Counted from the first letter of the stretch, positions 45,621-55,518 are shown. The stretch: 64,000 nt of DNA from Bacteroidales bacterium (GCA_017395245.1 JAFPVR010000107.1:9575-73574), one strand, 5' to 3'. The notes: generated from the sequence alone by a model not told the origin. Program-made: numbers and translations.

Positions 45621-46565
45621 TCACTCCTCCGTCGGCAGTGCCTTGAATCCCTGGCCCATAATTTCGGAGCTGTCGATGACGTTCACGAAGGCGGTGGGGT
45701 CGATGTGGCGGAGGTTGTTTTTCAGTTTGACGAGGTCGGCGCGTTCGAGGGAGACGTAGATCATGGGGCGTTCGGTGCCGGCATAGAGGCCCTGGCCGAG
45801 GAAGAGGGTGCCGCCGCGATGGAGGTCGTTGAGGATGTAGTTACGCATCGCCTCCACGTTGTTGGTCACGATATAGACCGTCTTGTAGGTCTTCAAACCG
45901 TCCACAATCAGGTCGATGATCTTGCCTTCGATGTAAATCAAGATGATGGAGTAGATGGGCAGACGAATCTGTTTGAAGGCGATGAGGGTGGTGAGGGTGA
46001 TGACGGAATCGACGACCATCACCAGCGTGCCGAGGGAGATTTTGGTGTATTTGTGGATGATCATGGAGATGATGTCGCTGCCGCCGGAGGTGGCGCCCGA
46101 CTTGAAAATCAGGCCGATGGCGATACCGTAGATAATACCGGCCACGACGGTGTTCAGGAAGTAGTCGGGAACGAAGAAGAGTTCGCTGTGCGGAATCTGC
46201 ACCATGTTGGGCATACTGGCGGTTTCCATGATGCCTTCGTGAATGACGGGGTTGTAACCCCAGAAAGTCTCTAATACCCAGGTGAATGCGAAAATCAGGA
46301 TAGTGGAAAGGATGGTCTTGAATCCGAATTTCGGACCGAGAATCCAGGTGCCGACGAGCAGTAGCGGGATGTCCATGCAGATGGCGTAGTAACTGATTTT
46401 CCACGGCCATACGGTGTTCAGCACGTTGGAAAGACCGTAGGTGCCGCCGGGGGCCAGCAGGTAGGGGTTGACAAACATCACGTCGCCGACTGCAAAAAGG
46501 AAGCTGCCGACGATAAGCATTAAGTATGCGATAATCTGCTCTTTAACATTGTTTTTCTGCTCCAT
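45621..46565 (-). CDS. YitT family membrane protein (DUF2179 C-terminal domain)
   Basis: A polytopic N-terminal region plus ...GGTLFLGQGLYAGTERPMIYVSLERADLVKLKNNLRHIDPTAFVNV... Confidence 0.8.
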   Translation of the reverse strand: MEQKNNVKEQIIAYLMLIVGSFLFAVGDVMFVNPYLLAPGGTYGLSNVLNTVWPWKISYYAICMDIPLLLVGTWILGPKFGFKTILSTILIFAFTWVLETFWGYNPVIHEGIMETASMPNMVQIPHSELFFVPDYFLNTVVAGIIYGIAIGLIFKSGATSGGSDIISMIIHKYTKISLGTLVMVVDSVITLTTLIAFKQIRLPIYSIILIYIEGKIIDLIVDGLKTYKTVYIVTNNVEAMRNYILNDLHRGGTLFLGQGLYAGTERPMIYVSLERADLVKLKNNLRHIDPTAFVNVIDSSEIMGQGFKALPTEE

Positions 46566-46588
46566 TTCTCTCGATTTTTTGCGGCGGC

Positions 46589-46596
46589 AAAAGTAC
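46589..46596 (-). promoter_or_regulatory. -7 box TACTTTTG
   Basis: It lies about 24 nt upstream of the yitT ATG. Confidence 0.5.
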
Positions 46597-46608
46597 GAAA
46601 TATTGTGA

Positions 46609-46678
46609 AAAAATCCCCGCAGATTACGCAGACTAACGCAGACCTTATTTTCTGCGCAAATCTGCGAGATCTGCGGGA
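46609..46678 (-). terminator. Modular three-segment terminator hairpin built from CGCAGA/TCTGCG units
   Basis: CCCGCAGA-tta-CGCAGA-ctaa-CGCAGA, 8-nt loop, TCTGCG-caaa-TCTGCG-aga-TCTGCGGG. On the minus strand it is followed by ATTTTTTC. It lies after the macB permease stop. Confidence 0.6.
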
Positions 46679-46714
46679 GAATTTATACGTGCAGATACGC
46701 GCGATACGCGGAGA

Positions 46715-47935
46715 TCACTCGTACCTTAACGCCGAAATAGGATCCATATTCGCTGCCTTCTTCGCGGGATACCAGCCGAAGAAGATGCCGGTGAGGGCGC
46801 AGACGAGGAATGACCCCACAATAGCCATTTGGCTCACTACATACGGCATGTGCATCAGCTTGGAGGCCACATACGCGATAATCAGTCCTAATATGATGCC
46901 GATGATGCCGCCAATCAGACTCAGAATCACACTTTCGCTCAAGAACTGCAGCATGATGTCGCGGTTGTGCGCTCCGATAGCCATGCGAAGACCAATCTCC
47001 TTAGTACGCTCGGTCACTGTTACATACATGATGTTCATAATGCCGATGCCGCCCACCACCAACGAGATGGAAGCGATGGCGGCTAACAGTGTGGTCATAA
47101 GGCCGGTGACAGAACTGATGGTGGAGACCAGCTCTTCCTGCGTGCGGATGTCGAAGTCATCGCTCATGCCGCTTTTGATGCCGTGGTTGCTGCGCAAGAT
47201 GTAGGTGATTTCCGTGGCGGCCAGCTCGGATTCCTCTTCCGAGGTGGCGGAGGCAAACATCATGTTGAAGTAGTTGATGCCTAGAAAACGTTTCTGGATG
47301 GTGGTGTAGGGCGCAAATACGATGTCGTCTTGGTCTTCGCCCATGCCGTTCTGTCCCTTAGAGGCTAAAACGCCGATGACGGTCATCGGGATGGAGCCGA
47401 ACCGAATGGACTTGCCTAAAGGGCTCTCGCCGTTGGTAAAGAGCTCATCTACAACGGTCTGTCCGATAACGCACACTTTGTTGTAACGTTTCACGTCTTC
47501 GTCGGTGAACATCACCCCTTCCGCCAGCTCGTATTTGCGGATGTCGAGATAGGCGGCCGATACACCGTTTACGGAGCAGCTGTGGTTGTTGTTGCCGTAG
47601 ATCAGCTGCTTGCTGCTACTGACCATCGGGGAGACAGCGGCCACGTAGCGGGTTTTCTCCTCAAGTGCTTGCAAGTCCTTGTTGTCCAACGATTTGGACG
47701 ATGACATACCCATATCCACGCCGCCTCTTTGCTGACGGGCGGGCATGATCATGATCATATTGGAGCCCATGGAAGAGAGCTCCGATTTGACACTCTGGGT
47801 GGAGGCCTGCCCAATGCTGACCATGGCGATAACGGATGCGATACCAATAACGATGCCTAACATGGTCAGCGCAGTGCGCATTTTGTTGCGGAACAGCGAG
47901 CTGAAGGCGACTTTTACAAGATTTCCGATATTCAT
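46715..47935 (-). CDS. ABC transporter permease, MacB/FtsX type
   Basis: N-terminal TM segment, periplasmic domain and a C-terminal FtsX-like 3-TM region; 406 aa. Confidence 0.85.
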   Translation of the reverse strand: MNIGNLVKVAFSSLFRNKMRTALTMLGIVIGIASVIAMVSIGQASTQSVKSELSSMGSNMIMIMPARQQRGGVDMGMSSSKSLDNKDLQALEEKTRYVAAVSPMVSSSKQLIYGNNNHSCSVNGVSAAYLDIRKYELAEGVMFTDEDVKRYNKVCVIGQTVVDELFTNGESPLGKSIRFGSIPMTVIGVLASKGQNGMGEDQDDIVFAPYTTIQKRFLGINYFNMMFASATSEEESELAATEITYILRSNHGIKSGMSDDFDIRTQEELVSTISSVTGLMTTLLAAIASISLVVGGIGIMNIMYVTVTERTKEIGLRMAIGAHNRDIMLQFLSESVILSLIGGIIGIILGLIIAYVASKLMHMPYVVSQMAIVGSFLVCALTGIFFGWYPAKKAANMDPISALRYE

Positions 47936-47938
47936 AGC

Positions 47939-48682
47939 TTAGTCTTCTTTTTGGAGGTTGATGGCGGCGAGCGCTTCGGCGGCCGACTGCGTATTGATAG
48001 GCGCATCTTCGATGATCTGGCCGTCGCGGAGCTTGATCTTGCGGGTGGTGAAGGTGGCAATGTCGGGCTCGTGGGTCACGAACGCGATGGTTTTGCCCTG
48101 ACTGTGAAGGTCTTGGAAGAGACTCATGATTTCATAGGAGGTGCGGGTGTCGAGGTTGCCGGTGGCCTCGTCGGCGAGCAGGATGACGGGATCGTTGACC
48201 AAGGCGCGGGCGATGGCCACACGCTGTTGCTGTCCGCCGGAGAGCTGGTTCGGCATGTGCTCCATTCGGCTTTCCAATCCCACCAGTTTCAATGCGGCAA
48301 CGGCACGGTCGCGGCGTTCCTTGGCGGGCACGTCACTGTTGTAAAACAATGGCAGTTCCACATTTTCAATGGCCGTGGTGCGTGCCAACAGGTTGTAGTT
48401 CTGGAACACAAAACCGATCTTGCGGTTGCGCAGTGTCGATAACTCGTTCTTGCTCAGCTTTTTGATAGATACGCCGTCAATGATATAGTCGCCGGCGGAG
48501 GGCGTGTCCAAGCAGCCTAAAATGTTCAGCAAGGTCGATTTTCCCGATCCGCTGGTGCCCATAATGCTCACGAACTCGCCTTCGGTGATGGTGAACGAGA
48601 CCCCGCGCAGGGCTCGCACATCTTCGCTGCCCACGCGAAATACGCGCTCCAACTTCTCAACTCGTAATATGTCTTTTGCCAT
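47939..48682 (-). CDS. ABC transporter ATP-binding protein (MacB/LolD type)
   Basis: [15 protein letters not shown]..., Walker [10 protein letters not shown], signature [15 protein letters not shown]. The start is trimmed to the ATG at 48682. Confidence 0.9.
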   Translation of the reverse strand: MAKDILRVEKLERVFRVGSEDVRALRGVSFTITEGEFVSIMGTSGSGKSTLLNILGCLDTPSAGDYIIDGVSIKKLSKNELSTLRNRKIGFVFQNYNLLARTTAIENVELPLFYNSDVPAKERRDRAVAALKLVGLESRMEHMPNQLSGGQQQRVAIARALVNDPVILLADEATGNLDTRTSYEIMSLFQDLHSQGKTIAFVTHEPDIATFTTRKIKLRDGQIIEDAPINTQSAAEALAAINLQKED

Positions 48683-48724
48683 AATTGTCCTTTTTCTGTG
48701 GAGGACGCACACACAGGTGCATCC

Positions 48725-49963
48725 CTACCTGGTTTTTCGCTCTGGCGGGCCCATTTTGAAGGGGTTGGAACCGCCTTCGTTCGAACCATTGCCTGGCATT
48801 CCCTCCATGGCTTCGCTAACGCTGATGACCACCTCTTCGCCTTCGCGCAAACCTTCGGGTATCAGCGTCTTAACGCCGTTGTTCAGGCCAACGGTTACGC
48901 TTCTCTGTTCGTAAACATTTTCGCCTGCCTTCACCCAGATGGTCTTCTTCGTGATGTCTTTCAATCCTTGGGTGAGTTCCTCTTGGTTCTTGTACAGCGA
49001 CTTGAAGGTGTATCCTTTTTTCTCCAACTGCTTCATCATTTCGGGGTCGATGGAGGCGAACAGGGCAGTCATCGGGATGCTGACGCCGCTCTCTTTCTTG
49101 GTGGTGATAGTCACGCTGGCGGTCATGCCCGGGAAGAGCTTGCTCTCGGGGTTGGGCGCGTCGATGATGACAGTGTACGTCACCACGTTGGCTGTTACCG
49201 TCGGGTTGATGCGGACCTCCTTGACGATGCCGGTGAATACGTCGTCGGGGAAAGCGTCCACGGTGAAGGTCACAGGCTGTCCGGCTTTCACCTCGCCAAT
49301 ATCCGCTTCATCCACCTTTGTTTCCACCTGCATTTTGGTCAGGTCGTTGGCGATGGTGAACAGCGTGGGCGTGTTGAACGAGGCAGCCACCGTCTGCCCC
49401 TCCTCCACCGCCTTGTCCATGACAACGCCGTCGATGGGCGAGTAGATGGTGGCGTAGGAGAGGTTCGTCTGTGCGCGCGACAGTTCCGACTGGGCCGTTT
49501 TAAGCTGGTTTTTGGCCAACGTCAGCGTGTTGACCGCCGACTCGTAAGCCTCCAAAGTGGCGGCTTTGTTGTCGTACAGGGTTTTGATGCGGTCATATTG
49601 CTGCTGCGCCAACGTCAGGTTGCTTTGGGCATTCGACACGCTGGCCTGCGCCGTTTTCAGCTGTTCGTTGAGGTTGGAGCGGTCGAGTTCGGCCAAAAGC
49701 TGTCCCTTTTTCACCACGCTGTTGAAATCGACGTAGATATGCTCCACGATACCGGACACCTGCGTACCGACATCCACCTTGTAGACGGGCTGCAGCTCGC
49801 CGGTGGCCGTCACAGTGACTTCAATGTTGTCGATAATGCTGCGCTCGGTCATCACCCGCAGCTCGCCTTTCTTGCCTTTCTTTAACACGGAAACCAGGAT
49901 TAACGCGATAATCACCACCGCGATAATGCCCAATATCCACCAGAGTTTTTTCGATTTTTTCAT
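48725..49963 (-). CDS. Efflux periplasmic adaptor subunit (HlyD/MacA family)
   Basis: N-terminal TM segment, coiled-coil hairpin, and barrel-sandwich/lipoyl-like segments. Confidence 0.85.
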   Translation of the reverse strand: MKKSKKLWWILGIIAVVIIALILVSVLKKGKKGELRVMTERSIIDNIEVTVTATGELQPVYKVDVGTQVSGIVEHIYVDFNSVVKKGQLLAELDRSNLNEQLKTAQASVSNAQSNLTLAQQQYDRIKTLYDNKAATLEAYESAVNTLTLAKNQLKTAQSELSRAQTNLSYATIYSPIDGVVMDKAVEEGQTVAASFNTPTLFTIANDLTKMQVETKVDEADIGEVKAGQPVTFTVDAFPDDVFTGIVKEVRINPTVTANVVTYTVIIDAPNPESKLFPGMTASVTITTKKESGVSIPMTALFASIDPEMMKQLEKKGYTFKSLYKNQEELTQGLKDITKKTIWVKAGENVYEQRSVTVGLNNGVKTLIPEGLREGEEVVISVSEAMEGMPGNGSNEGGSNPFKMGPPERKTR

Positions 49964-49980
49964 ATTTTTATTTTTTGATT

Positions 49981-50037
49981 CCCCACACTGCGCTTCGCTT
50001 GTATGGAGTTATTGAAATTTTGTCTCTTCGAGACTGC
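49981..50037 (-). repeat. GNA-triloop double-hairpin element, copy 3 (subfamily B)
   Basis: Sense strand: GTCTC-GAA-GAGAC, 13-nt spacer, CTCCATAC-aaGCGAAGCgca-GTGTGGGG. The two G.T pairs work only on the sense strand. It ends 17 nt upstream of the adaptor ATG. Confidence 0.8.
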
Positions 50038-50048
50038 TTTAAGATTCT

Positions 50049-50069
50049 ATAACCAATAACCAATAACCA
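50049..50069. repeat. Heptamer array ATAACCA x3
   Basis: It abuts the tolC-like stop codon. Confidence 0.85.
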
Positions 50070-51389
50070 TTATAATGTTACCGGAATTCCCATATAGACA
50101 TCCAAGATCTTCCGCTGCAGAACATACGAATATTTGGCCTGCATGAACAGGTTGAGCTGGTTGAGGAAGTTGGTCTGCTGCTGGATGAGGTCAACGGCGG
50201 TGACGGAACCGTATTTGAAACGCAGGCTGTAGGTTTTGTAGTTGGCGAGGTAGGCGTCTTTTTTGGCCTCAGCTGAGATGTAGTTGTTCTGTGCCTTGGC
50301 CACGTCGATGTAGCTCTGATGCAACTCCTGATTGACTTTGTAGATGGTTTCTTTGTTTTCCAATTCAACCTGTTCGGCGCGGTATTCTGCCAGTTTCACA
50401 CTGTTGCGGACGCTGCTGCGCTGGTAGATTGGGATGTTGAGGCTGAGGCCGATGTTCTCGCCAAGACCGTGCCACAACTGTGTGCCCCAGCCGGTGTTGG
50501 GCGAAGTCAGATTCGAACCGTTGTAACCTGTACTGATGCCCGCGCTTGCCGAAAGTGTCGGGTAGTAATTCGCCTTCTGGATTTTTATGTTGTACTCTGC
50601 GTTGGTGATCTCGTTTTCACTCATCTTCAGTTCTGGCAGGTAGTTGGTGGAACGGTCGATGAGCTCCTGCAACTCGGGAAGCTCCAAGTTTTTGAACAAG
50701 GTAGCGCTGTCGGGGGGGACAATGGTAATCTGTACGGAAGGATCTATGGAGAGTAAGTTTTTAAGTGTTAGATAGTTGGATTGGATAGTGTGTCTGGTGT
50801 TTTCGATATTGTAGAGGTCGGACGTGTATTGTGCCTGCAACATTTTGTAGTCGCTTTCGAGAATCTGACCCACGTCGAGCTGCTGTTTTCCCTGCTCCAT
50901 CTGCTCTTGGCTGGCGGTGAGCACCTGTTGTTGGTAGCCGAGGATCTCCTCGTTCATCATAATGGCCAAGAAAGCCTGTATCACGGATATGCGGATTTTG
51001 TTTTTGCTGCTTTCAAGCGAGAGTTGCGACTGTTCGACATTCAGCTTGCTCTGTTTGATTTTGTTGGCATTGCTCAACCCGTTGAAAAGGGTCATACCCG
51101 CGTTGATGCCATAGTTGCCATTCCAGCCAACGGATTTCTCGTAGTTGCCGAAGTTGAAACCTTGTGTCACCGAACCCGAAACCGTCGGGGCGATGTTCTC
51201 CTTCGCCTGCCGCAAATTCAGCTCCGACGTGGAGATGTCGATACTGCCCGACTGGAGAGAGAAATTGTTGGACTCCGCGTAATGCAGACAATCCTCAAGG
51301 GTGAAGGTTTGTTTCAAGGTGTTTTCTTGGGCATATATATTGCTGAAAAACAACAACATAAGACCTGTTATCACAAAATATTTCTTCAT
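50070..51389 (-). CDS. TolC-family outer-membrane efflux protein
   Basis: Signal peptide and a duplicated OEP repeat structure; 439 aa; upstream of the adaptor/ABC genes. Confidence 0.85.
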   Translation of the reverse strand: MKKYFVITGLMLLFFSNIYAQENTLKQTFTLEDCLHYAESNNFSLQSGSIDISTSELNLRQAKENIAPTVSGSVTQGFNFGNYEKSVGWNGNYGINAGMTLFNGLSNANKIKQSKLNVEQSQLSLESSKNKIRISVIQAFLAIMMNEEILGYQQQVLTASQEQMEQGKQQLDVGQILESDYKMLQAQYTSDLYNIENTRHTIQSNYLTLKNLLSIDPSVQITIVPPDSATLFKNLELPELQELIDRSTNYLPELKMSENEITNAEYNIKIQKANYYPTLSASAGISTGYNGSNLTSPNTGWGTQLWHGLGENIGLSLNIPIYQRSSVRNSVKLAEYRAEQVELENKETIYKVNQELHQSYIDVAKAQNNYISAEAKKDAYLANYKTYSLRFKYGSVTAVDLIQQQTNFLNQLNLFMQAKYSYVLQRKILDVYMGIPVTL

Positions 51390-51445
51390 ACAATATCTAT
51401 ATATAACAAAATTGCGACTCTGTTTTTATCGAAAGGTTTAATCAA

Positions 51446-51500
51446 CAAAGTCAAAGGTCAAGGTCAAAGGTCAAAGTCAAAGGTCAAAGTCAAAGGTCAA
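51446..51500. repeat. Tandem array AAAGTC/AAAGGTC (6/7-nt units, 13-nt super-unit)
   Basis: CAAAGTCAAAGGTCAAGGTCAAAGGTCAAAGTCAAAGGTCAAAGTCAAAGGTC. Confidence 0.85.
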
Positions 51501-51543
51501 AAAAACAGGCAACAAGTCCATTCTAATTCCCTGTTGCCTGTTT
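51499..51543 (-). terminator. Rho-independent terminator after cdaA
   Basis: On the minus strand: ACAGGCAAC-aggg...ctt-GTTGCCTGT followed by TTTTTTT. Confidence 0.7.
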
Positions 51544-51575
51544 CCTATTGCCTAATGCCTACTCCCTAATGCCTT
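51534..51575. repeat. Heptamer array TTGCCTG/TTTCCTA/TTGCCTA/ATGCCTA/CTCCCTA/ATGCCTT
   Basis: Six phased units. The last one contains the cdaA stop codon. The array overlaps one terminator arm. Confidence 0.75.
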
Positions 51576-52368
51576 ACTCCTTCGTCAGCATTTCCTCAAG
51601 CGCCTGACGGAGCGTGGAGGAGGTGTAGTCGCGGGTGAGCTGGCCATTGTGGCAGATGGAAATATTGCCGGTCTGCTCGGAAACGACTACGGCGATGGCA
51701 TCGGTGAATTCGGTGGCACCAAGGGCGGAGCGGTGGCGCAGACCGACCTCCTGCGGCAAGTCGCGATTTTTCGACACGGGCAGGATGCAGCGCGCGGCCG
51801 CAATCCGATGATCCTTGATGATGACTGCGCCATCGTGCAACGGACTGTTTTTGAAGAAGATATTCTCCAACAGTTCCGCCGAAGGTTTGGCGTCAATCAC
51901 CTCGCCGGTGTTCAGAAACTCGTCCAACGGGGTCTTCCGGGCGAAGATGATCAGGGCGCCTGTCATGGTGGCCGACATGTGGCGGCAGGCACTCTTCACC
52001 GCTTCAATCTCCTCAACGTAGGCAGAGTTTTTGTTCTGCTTTGAGAACCTGTCGCTGAAAAAGTGTACCACCCGGCCGTCGCCGATGTAGAGCAGGAATT
52101 TGCGGATTTCGGGTTGGAACAGGATGATGACGGCCAGCACGCCCACGTTCATGAGTTCCCCCATCAGGGCGGAAAGCATGGTGAAGTGGAAATAGGAGAC
52201 CACCTCCCAAATCACGAACAGCAGCGCCAGCACCCAGAAAATCTTCACGGCGGCGGTGCCTTTCGTCAGCTTGTAGAGCTCGAAAAGCAGTACAGCCACA
52301 ATCAGGATGTCGAGGACATCCACGATGCGGAAGCTGACGAAGTCGAATATGGCGGCCAGGGTCATCAT
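51574..52368 (-). CDS. cdaA: Diadenylate cyclase (c-di-AMP synthase), membrane-anchored
   Basis: Three N-terminal TM segments plus a DAC domain ...PLHDGAVIIKDHRIAAARCILPVS...GLRHRSALG... Confidence 0.9.
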   Translation of the reverse strand: MMTLAAIFDFVSFRIVDVLDILIVAVLLFELYKLTKGTAAVKIFWVLALLFVIWEVVSYFHFTMLSALMGELMNVGVLAVIILFQPEIRKFLLYIGDGRVVHFFSDRFSKQNKNSAYVEEIEAVKSACRHMSATMTGALIIFARKTPLDEFLNTGEVIDAKPSAELLENIFFKNSPLHDGAVIIKDHRIAAARCILPVSKNRDLPQEVGLRHRSALGATEFTDAIAVVVSEQTGNISICHNGQLTRDYTSSTLRQALEEMLTKE

Positions 52369-52380
52369 TCTTAATGGGGA

Positions 52381-53283
52381 TTAGGCCATCAAAGCAGCCA
52401 GGGCGATAGAGTACATTTTGGTCTTGGCGCTGTCGCCACGGGAGGAGAGCACGCACGGCACCTTGGCGCCTTTCAGCAGTGCGCCCAGTTCGGCGTGGCT
52501 GAATTTGGTGCAGCATTTGTAGAACACGTTGCCTGTCTCGATGTTCGGGAAGAGCAGACAGTCGGCATCACCGGCCACTTCGCTCTTGAACTTCTTGATT
52601 TCCACCGTCTCCGGGTCGATGGCGAGGTCCAACGAGATAGGACCTTCAACGGCCACGTTGCCCAGTTGGCCGCGGTTGCCCATAGCGGCGAGCAGGGCGG
52701 CGTCCACGCAAGCCTGCATACCCACAGACATTTGCTCCGTGGCGGCCAAGCAGGCCACTTTCGGTCTCTCAATGCCGAGAGCTTTGGCGGTTTCGACCAA
52801 ATATTTGAGGATGGCTTGTTTCTCCTTGAACTCGGGAGCGGGAATCACGGCCACATCGCCCACGATGAGCAATTTGTGGTAGGCCGGGTTCTCAATCACG
52901 GTCACGTGCGACAGGGTGGCCTTCGGCGGGCAGAGGCCCTTCTCCTTGTTCAGGATGGCACGCATGTATTTGTCGGTGGGCAGCAGACCCTTCATCAGAA
53001 TCTGGCCTTCGCCGGCGTTGATGAGTTCGCAGCTCTTCGTGGCCGCCTTCGTGTCCACATATTCGGGCACGATGGTGAACTTCGACATATCAAAGCCGTG
53101 TTCCTTGCACACTTTTTCGATTTCCTCGGGGTTACCGACGAGGGTAGCGTCAATCACGCCCAGTTCCACAGCGGCGTAAACGGCCTCAATGGTGTGCGCA
53201 TCGTTGGCGTTGGCAGCCACCAGTCTTTTTTTCGGTTTTGATTTTACTAACTCTACTAATTGGTCTAATTTCGTGATAGCCAT
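52381..53283 (-). CDS. ptb: Phosphate acyl(butyryl/acetyl)transferase, PTA_PTB family
   Basis: A 300-aa protein, MAITKLDQLVELVKSKPKKRLVAANANDAHTIEAV...ILMKGLLPTDKYMRAILNKEKGL. Confidence 0.75.
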   Translation of the reverse strand: MAITKLDQLVELVKSKPKKRLVAANANDAHTIEAVYAAVELGVIDATLVGNPEEIEKVCKEHGFDMSKFTIVPEYVDTKAATKSCELINAGEGQILMKGLLPTDKYMRAILNKEKGLCPPKATLSHVTVIENPAYHKLLIVGDVAVIPAPEFKEKQAILKYLVETAKALGIERPKVACLAATEQMSVGMQACVDAALLAAMGNRGQLGNVAVEGPISLDLAIDPETVEIKKFKSEVAGDADCLLFPNIETGNVFYKCCTKFSHAELGALLKGAKVPCVLSSRGDSAKTKMYSIALAALMA

Positions 53284-53311
53284 AATGTTACAATTTTATT
53301 GTTAGAAAGCG

Positions 53312-53319
53312 CAAAGATA
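53312..53319 (-). promoter_or_regulatory. -7 box TATCTTTG
   Basis: It lies about 30 nt upstream of the ptb ATG. Confidence 0.5.
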
Positions 53320-53462
53320 TAATTTTTTCGGTTACATGGTTATGTGCTTATTCGGTTGAGAGCAGTTTTCGCGCTGTCGTTGTAGGCGGTTTCTCTATGC
53401 AGGAGTTTTCCAGCTATGAAGACCAGAGGTCGGTATCGAATGTTTCTGATTGTTTAAAACTG

Positions 53463-53488
53463 TTGAGGCGATGAACACATCGCCTCAA
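53463..53488 (-). terminator. Perfect 11-bp hairpin terminator
   Basis: TTGAGGCGATG-aaca-CATCGCCTCAA. On the minus strand it is followed by CAGTTTTAAA. Confidence 0.5.
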
Positions 53489-53542
53489 AAACCACTACCC
53501 TCATTATTAACCACCGATATGAAAACCATATCGTTGTTGGGG

Positions 53543-53878
53543 TCAACCCCGGCGACTCCGATATTCCCTCGGGGTCATTCCGACCTCCCTTTTGAAAAAG
53601 CGCGCAAAAGAGGATTGTACATCAAAACCAAGAAGATTGCTGACTTGCTGGACGGTGTGGTCATCACGTGAATCGAGCAGCACTTTGGCGCGGGCGGCGA
53701 GGAAGTAGGTAATCCATCCTTTAGGACTGATGCCGGTGTCTCTTTTGATAATCTCAGAGAAGTGCTTCGGAGAAAGGCAGCAAATGCTGGCGTAGAAGGC
53801 CATTTCGTGCGATTCTCTATGGTGCTGGATAAGGGCCATGCATTTCATTAAAAAAGGTTCCGCTGCTCTCTCAAACAC
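53543..53878 (-). pseudogene. AraC-family HTH domain only (111 aa); probably a 5'-truncated remnant
   Basis: ...SPKHFSEIIKRDTGISPKGWI...VQQVSNLLGFDVQSSFARFFKREVGMTPREYR is only the C-terminal HTH_18-type domain. There is no sensor domain and no -7 box, and a palindrome element lies 43 nt upstream. Confidence 0.45.
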
Positions 53879-53920
53879 CGGGATTTTTCGGTTGTCTTTT
53901 CGTTAGGAGGGGATATTCTT

Positions 53921-53948
53921 GTAGAGACGCACGGCCGTGCGTCTCTAC
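53921..53948. repeat. GTAGAGACGC palindrome family, copy 4
   Basis: GTAGAGACGCACGGCCGTGCGTCTCTAC, a perfect 28-nt palindrome. Confidence 0.85.
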
Positions 53949-53954
53949 AATACC

Positions 53955-53989
53955 CCTATTGCCTCCTGCCTTTTGCCTATTGCCTAAAA
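53955..53989. repeat. Heptamer array CCTATTG/CCTCCTG/CCTTTTG/CCTATTG/CCTAAAA
   Basis: Five phased units immediately upstream of the ahcY -7 box. Confidence 0.8.
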
Positions 53990-53993
53990 ATAC

Positions 53994-54001
53994 TATCTTT
54001 G
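53994..54001 (+). promoter_or_regulatory. -7 box TATCTTTG
   Basis: It lies 39 nt upstream of the ahcY ATG at 54040. Confidence 0.55.
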
Positions 54002-54039
54002 CAGCCTCAAATTTTCGAACAAATAAAATTTATAACAAT

Positions 54040-55449
54040 ATGATAGACAATACTTTAAAATACAAAATCGCTGACATGTCGTTGGCGGAATGGGGACACA
54101 AGGACATTGATGTTTCCCAAAAGGAGATGCCGGGTCTGCTGGCCATCCGTGAGAAATACGGTGACAGCAAGCCTTTGAAGGGTGTGCGCATCATGGGTTC
54201 GCTGCACATGACTATCCAGACCGCCGTGCTGATTGAGACGCTGACGCACCTTGGCGCGGAAGTGCGCTGGTGCAGCTGCAACATCTTTTCCACACAGGAC
54301 CACGCCGCTGCTGCCATTGCCGACAATGGCGTGAGCGTTTTTGCCTGGAAGGGTGAAAGCCTCGAAGATTACTGGTGGTGCACGGTGAACGCCCTTTCGT
54401 TCCCCGATGGCAAAGGCCCGCAACTCATCGTGGACGATGGCGGCGATGCCACCCTGCTTATCCATTTGGGCTGCAAGGCCGAAGACGACCCGACCGTTCT
54501 TGACGCTGAACCCGAATCGCACGAACAAGCTGTGATTTTCAATACGTTGAAGCAAGTGCTGAAGGAAGATCCGCACCACTGGCACAACATGGTGAAGGAG
54601 ATTAGGGGCGTTTCCGAGGAGACGACCACTGGCGTGCACCGTCTGTATCAGATGATGGAGCGCGGTGAGCTGCTTTTCCCGGCCATCAACGTCAACGACT
54701 CCGTGACGAAGTCAAAATTCGACAACAAATACGGCTGCCGCGAATCTCTCGCCGATGGCATCAAGCGCGCCACCGACGTGATGGTGGCTGGCAAGGTGGT
54801 CGTCGTGTGCGGCTATGGCGATGTGGGCAAGGGCTGTGCGCAGGCGATGCGCTCCTACGGCGCCCGCGTGATTGTCACCGAGGTCGATCCCATCTGCGCC
54901 CTGCAGGCCGCGATGGAGGGTTTCGAAGTCAAAACCGTGGAAGATGCACTCGATGAGGGCAATATCTACGTCACCTGTACCGGCAACTGCGATGTCATCA
55001 CCGTGGATCACCTCAACAAGATGAAAGACCAGTCCATTGTCTGCAACATCGGCCATTTCGATAACGAGATACAGGTCAGCGCGTTCGAGAGCCAGTCGAA
55101 CATCCAGAAGCGCAACATCAAGCCGCAGGTGGATGAGTACATTTTCCCCAACGGGCACTCCATCTTTATCTTGGCGGAAGGCCGCCTCGTGAATTTGGGT
55201 TGCGCCACTGGGCACCCCTCCTTCGTGATGAGCAACTCCTTCACTAACCAGGTGATGGCCCAGCTCGACCTCTGGCAGCACGACTACAAGGTGGGCGTTT
55301 ACAACCTGCCGAAGCACCTTGATGAGGAGGTTGCTCGTTTGCACTTGGGCAAAATCGGCGTCAAGCTGACAAAGCTCACGCAAAAGCAGGCCGACTATAT
55401 CGGTGTGAAAGTGGAAGGCCCGTATAAAACGGATGCATACCGGTACTAA
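54040..55449 (+). CDS. ahcY: Adenosylhomocysteinase
   Basis: [41 protein letters not shown]... The start is trimmed from the track's 53959. Confidence 0.95.
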   Translation: MIDNTLKYKIADMSLAEWGHKDIDVSQKEMPGLLAIREKYGDSKPLKGVRIMGSLHMTIQTAVLIETLTHLGAEVRWCSCNIFSTQDHAAAAIADNGVSVFAWKGESLEDYWWCTVNALSFPDGKGPQLIVDDGGDATLLIHLGCKAEDDPTVLDAEPESHEQAVIFNTLKQVLKEDPHHWHNMVKEIRGVSEETTTGVHRLYQMMERGELLFPAINVNDSVTKSKFDNKYGCRESLADGIKRATDVMVAGKVVVVCGYGDVGKGCAQAMRSYGARVIVTEVDPICALQAAMEGFEVKTVEDALDEGNIYVTCTGNCDVITVDHLNKMKDQSIVCNIGHFDNEIQVSAFESQSNIQKRNIKPQVDEYIFPNGHSIFILAEGRLVNLGCATGHPSFVMSNSFTNQVMAQLDLWQHDYKVGVYNLPKHLDEEVARLHLGKIGVKLTKLTQKQADYIGVKVEGPYKTDAYRY

Positions 55450-55451
55450 AC

Positions 55452-55486
55452 TTTGGCTATTGGCTGTTAGCTATTGGCATTGGGGA
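55452..55486. repeat. Heptamer array TTTGGCT/ATTGGCT/GTTAGCT/ATTGGCA/TTGGGGA
   Basis: Five phased units starting 3 nt after the ahcY stop. The last unit runs into the terminator stem. Confidence 0.8.
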
Positions 55487-55511
55487 TACTCGAAAGTGTA
55501 TCCCTTTTTTT
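55483..55511 (+). terminator. Rho-independent terminator of ahcY
   Basis: GGGATAC-tcgaaagt-GTATCCC followed by TTTTTTT. Confidence 0.75.
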
Positions 55512-55518
55512 GTGGGTG

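Noticed and set aside
53450-53671. 73-aa + strand ORF
   Set aside because: It overlaps a terminator hairpin and the AraC-remnant coding region in antisense, and has no promoter box.
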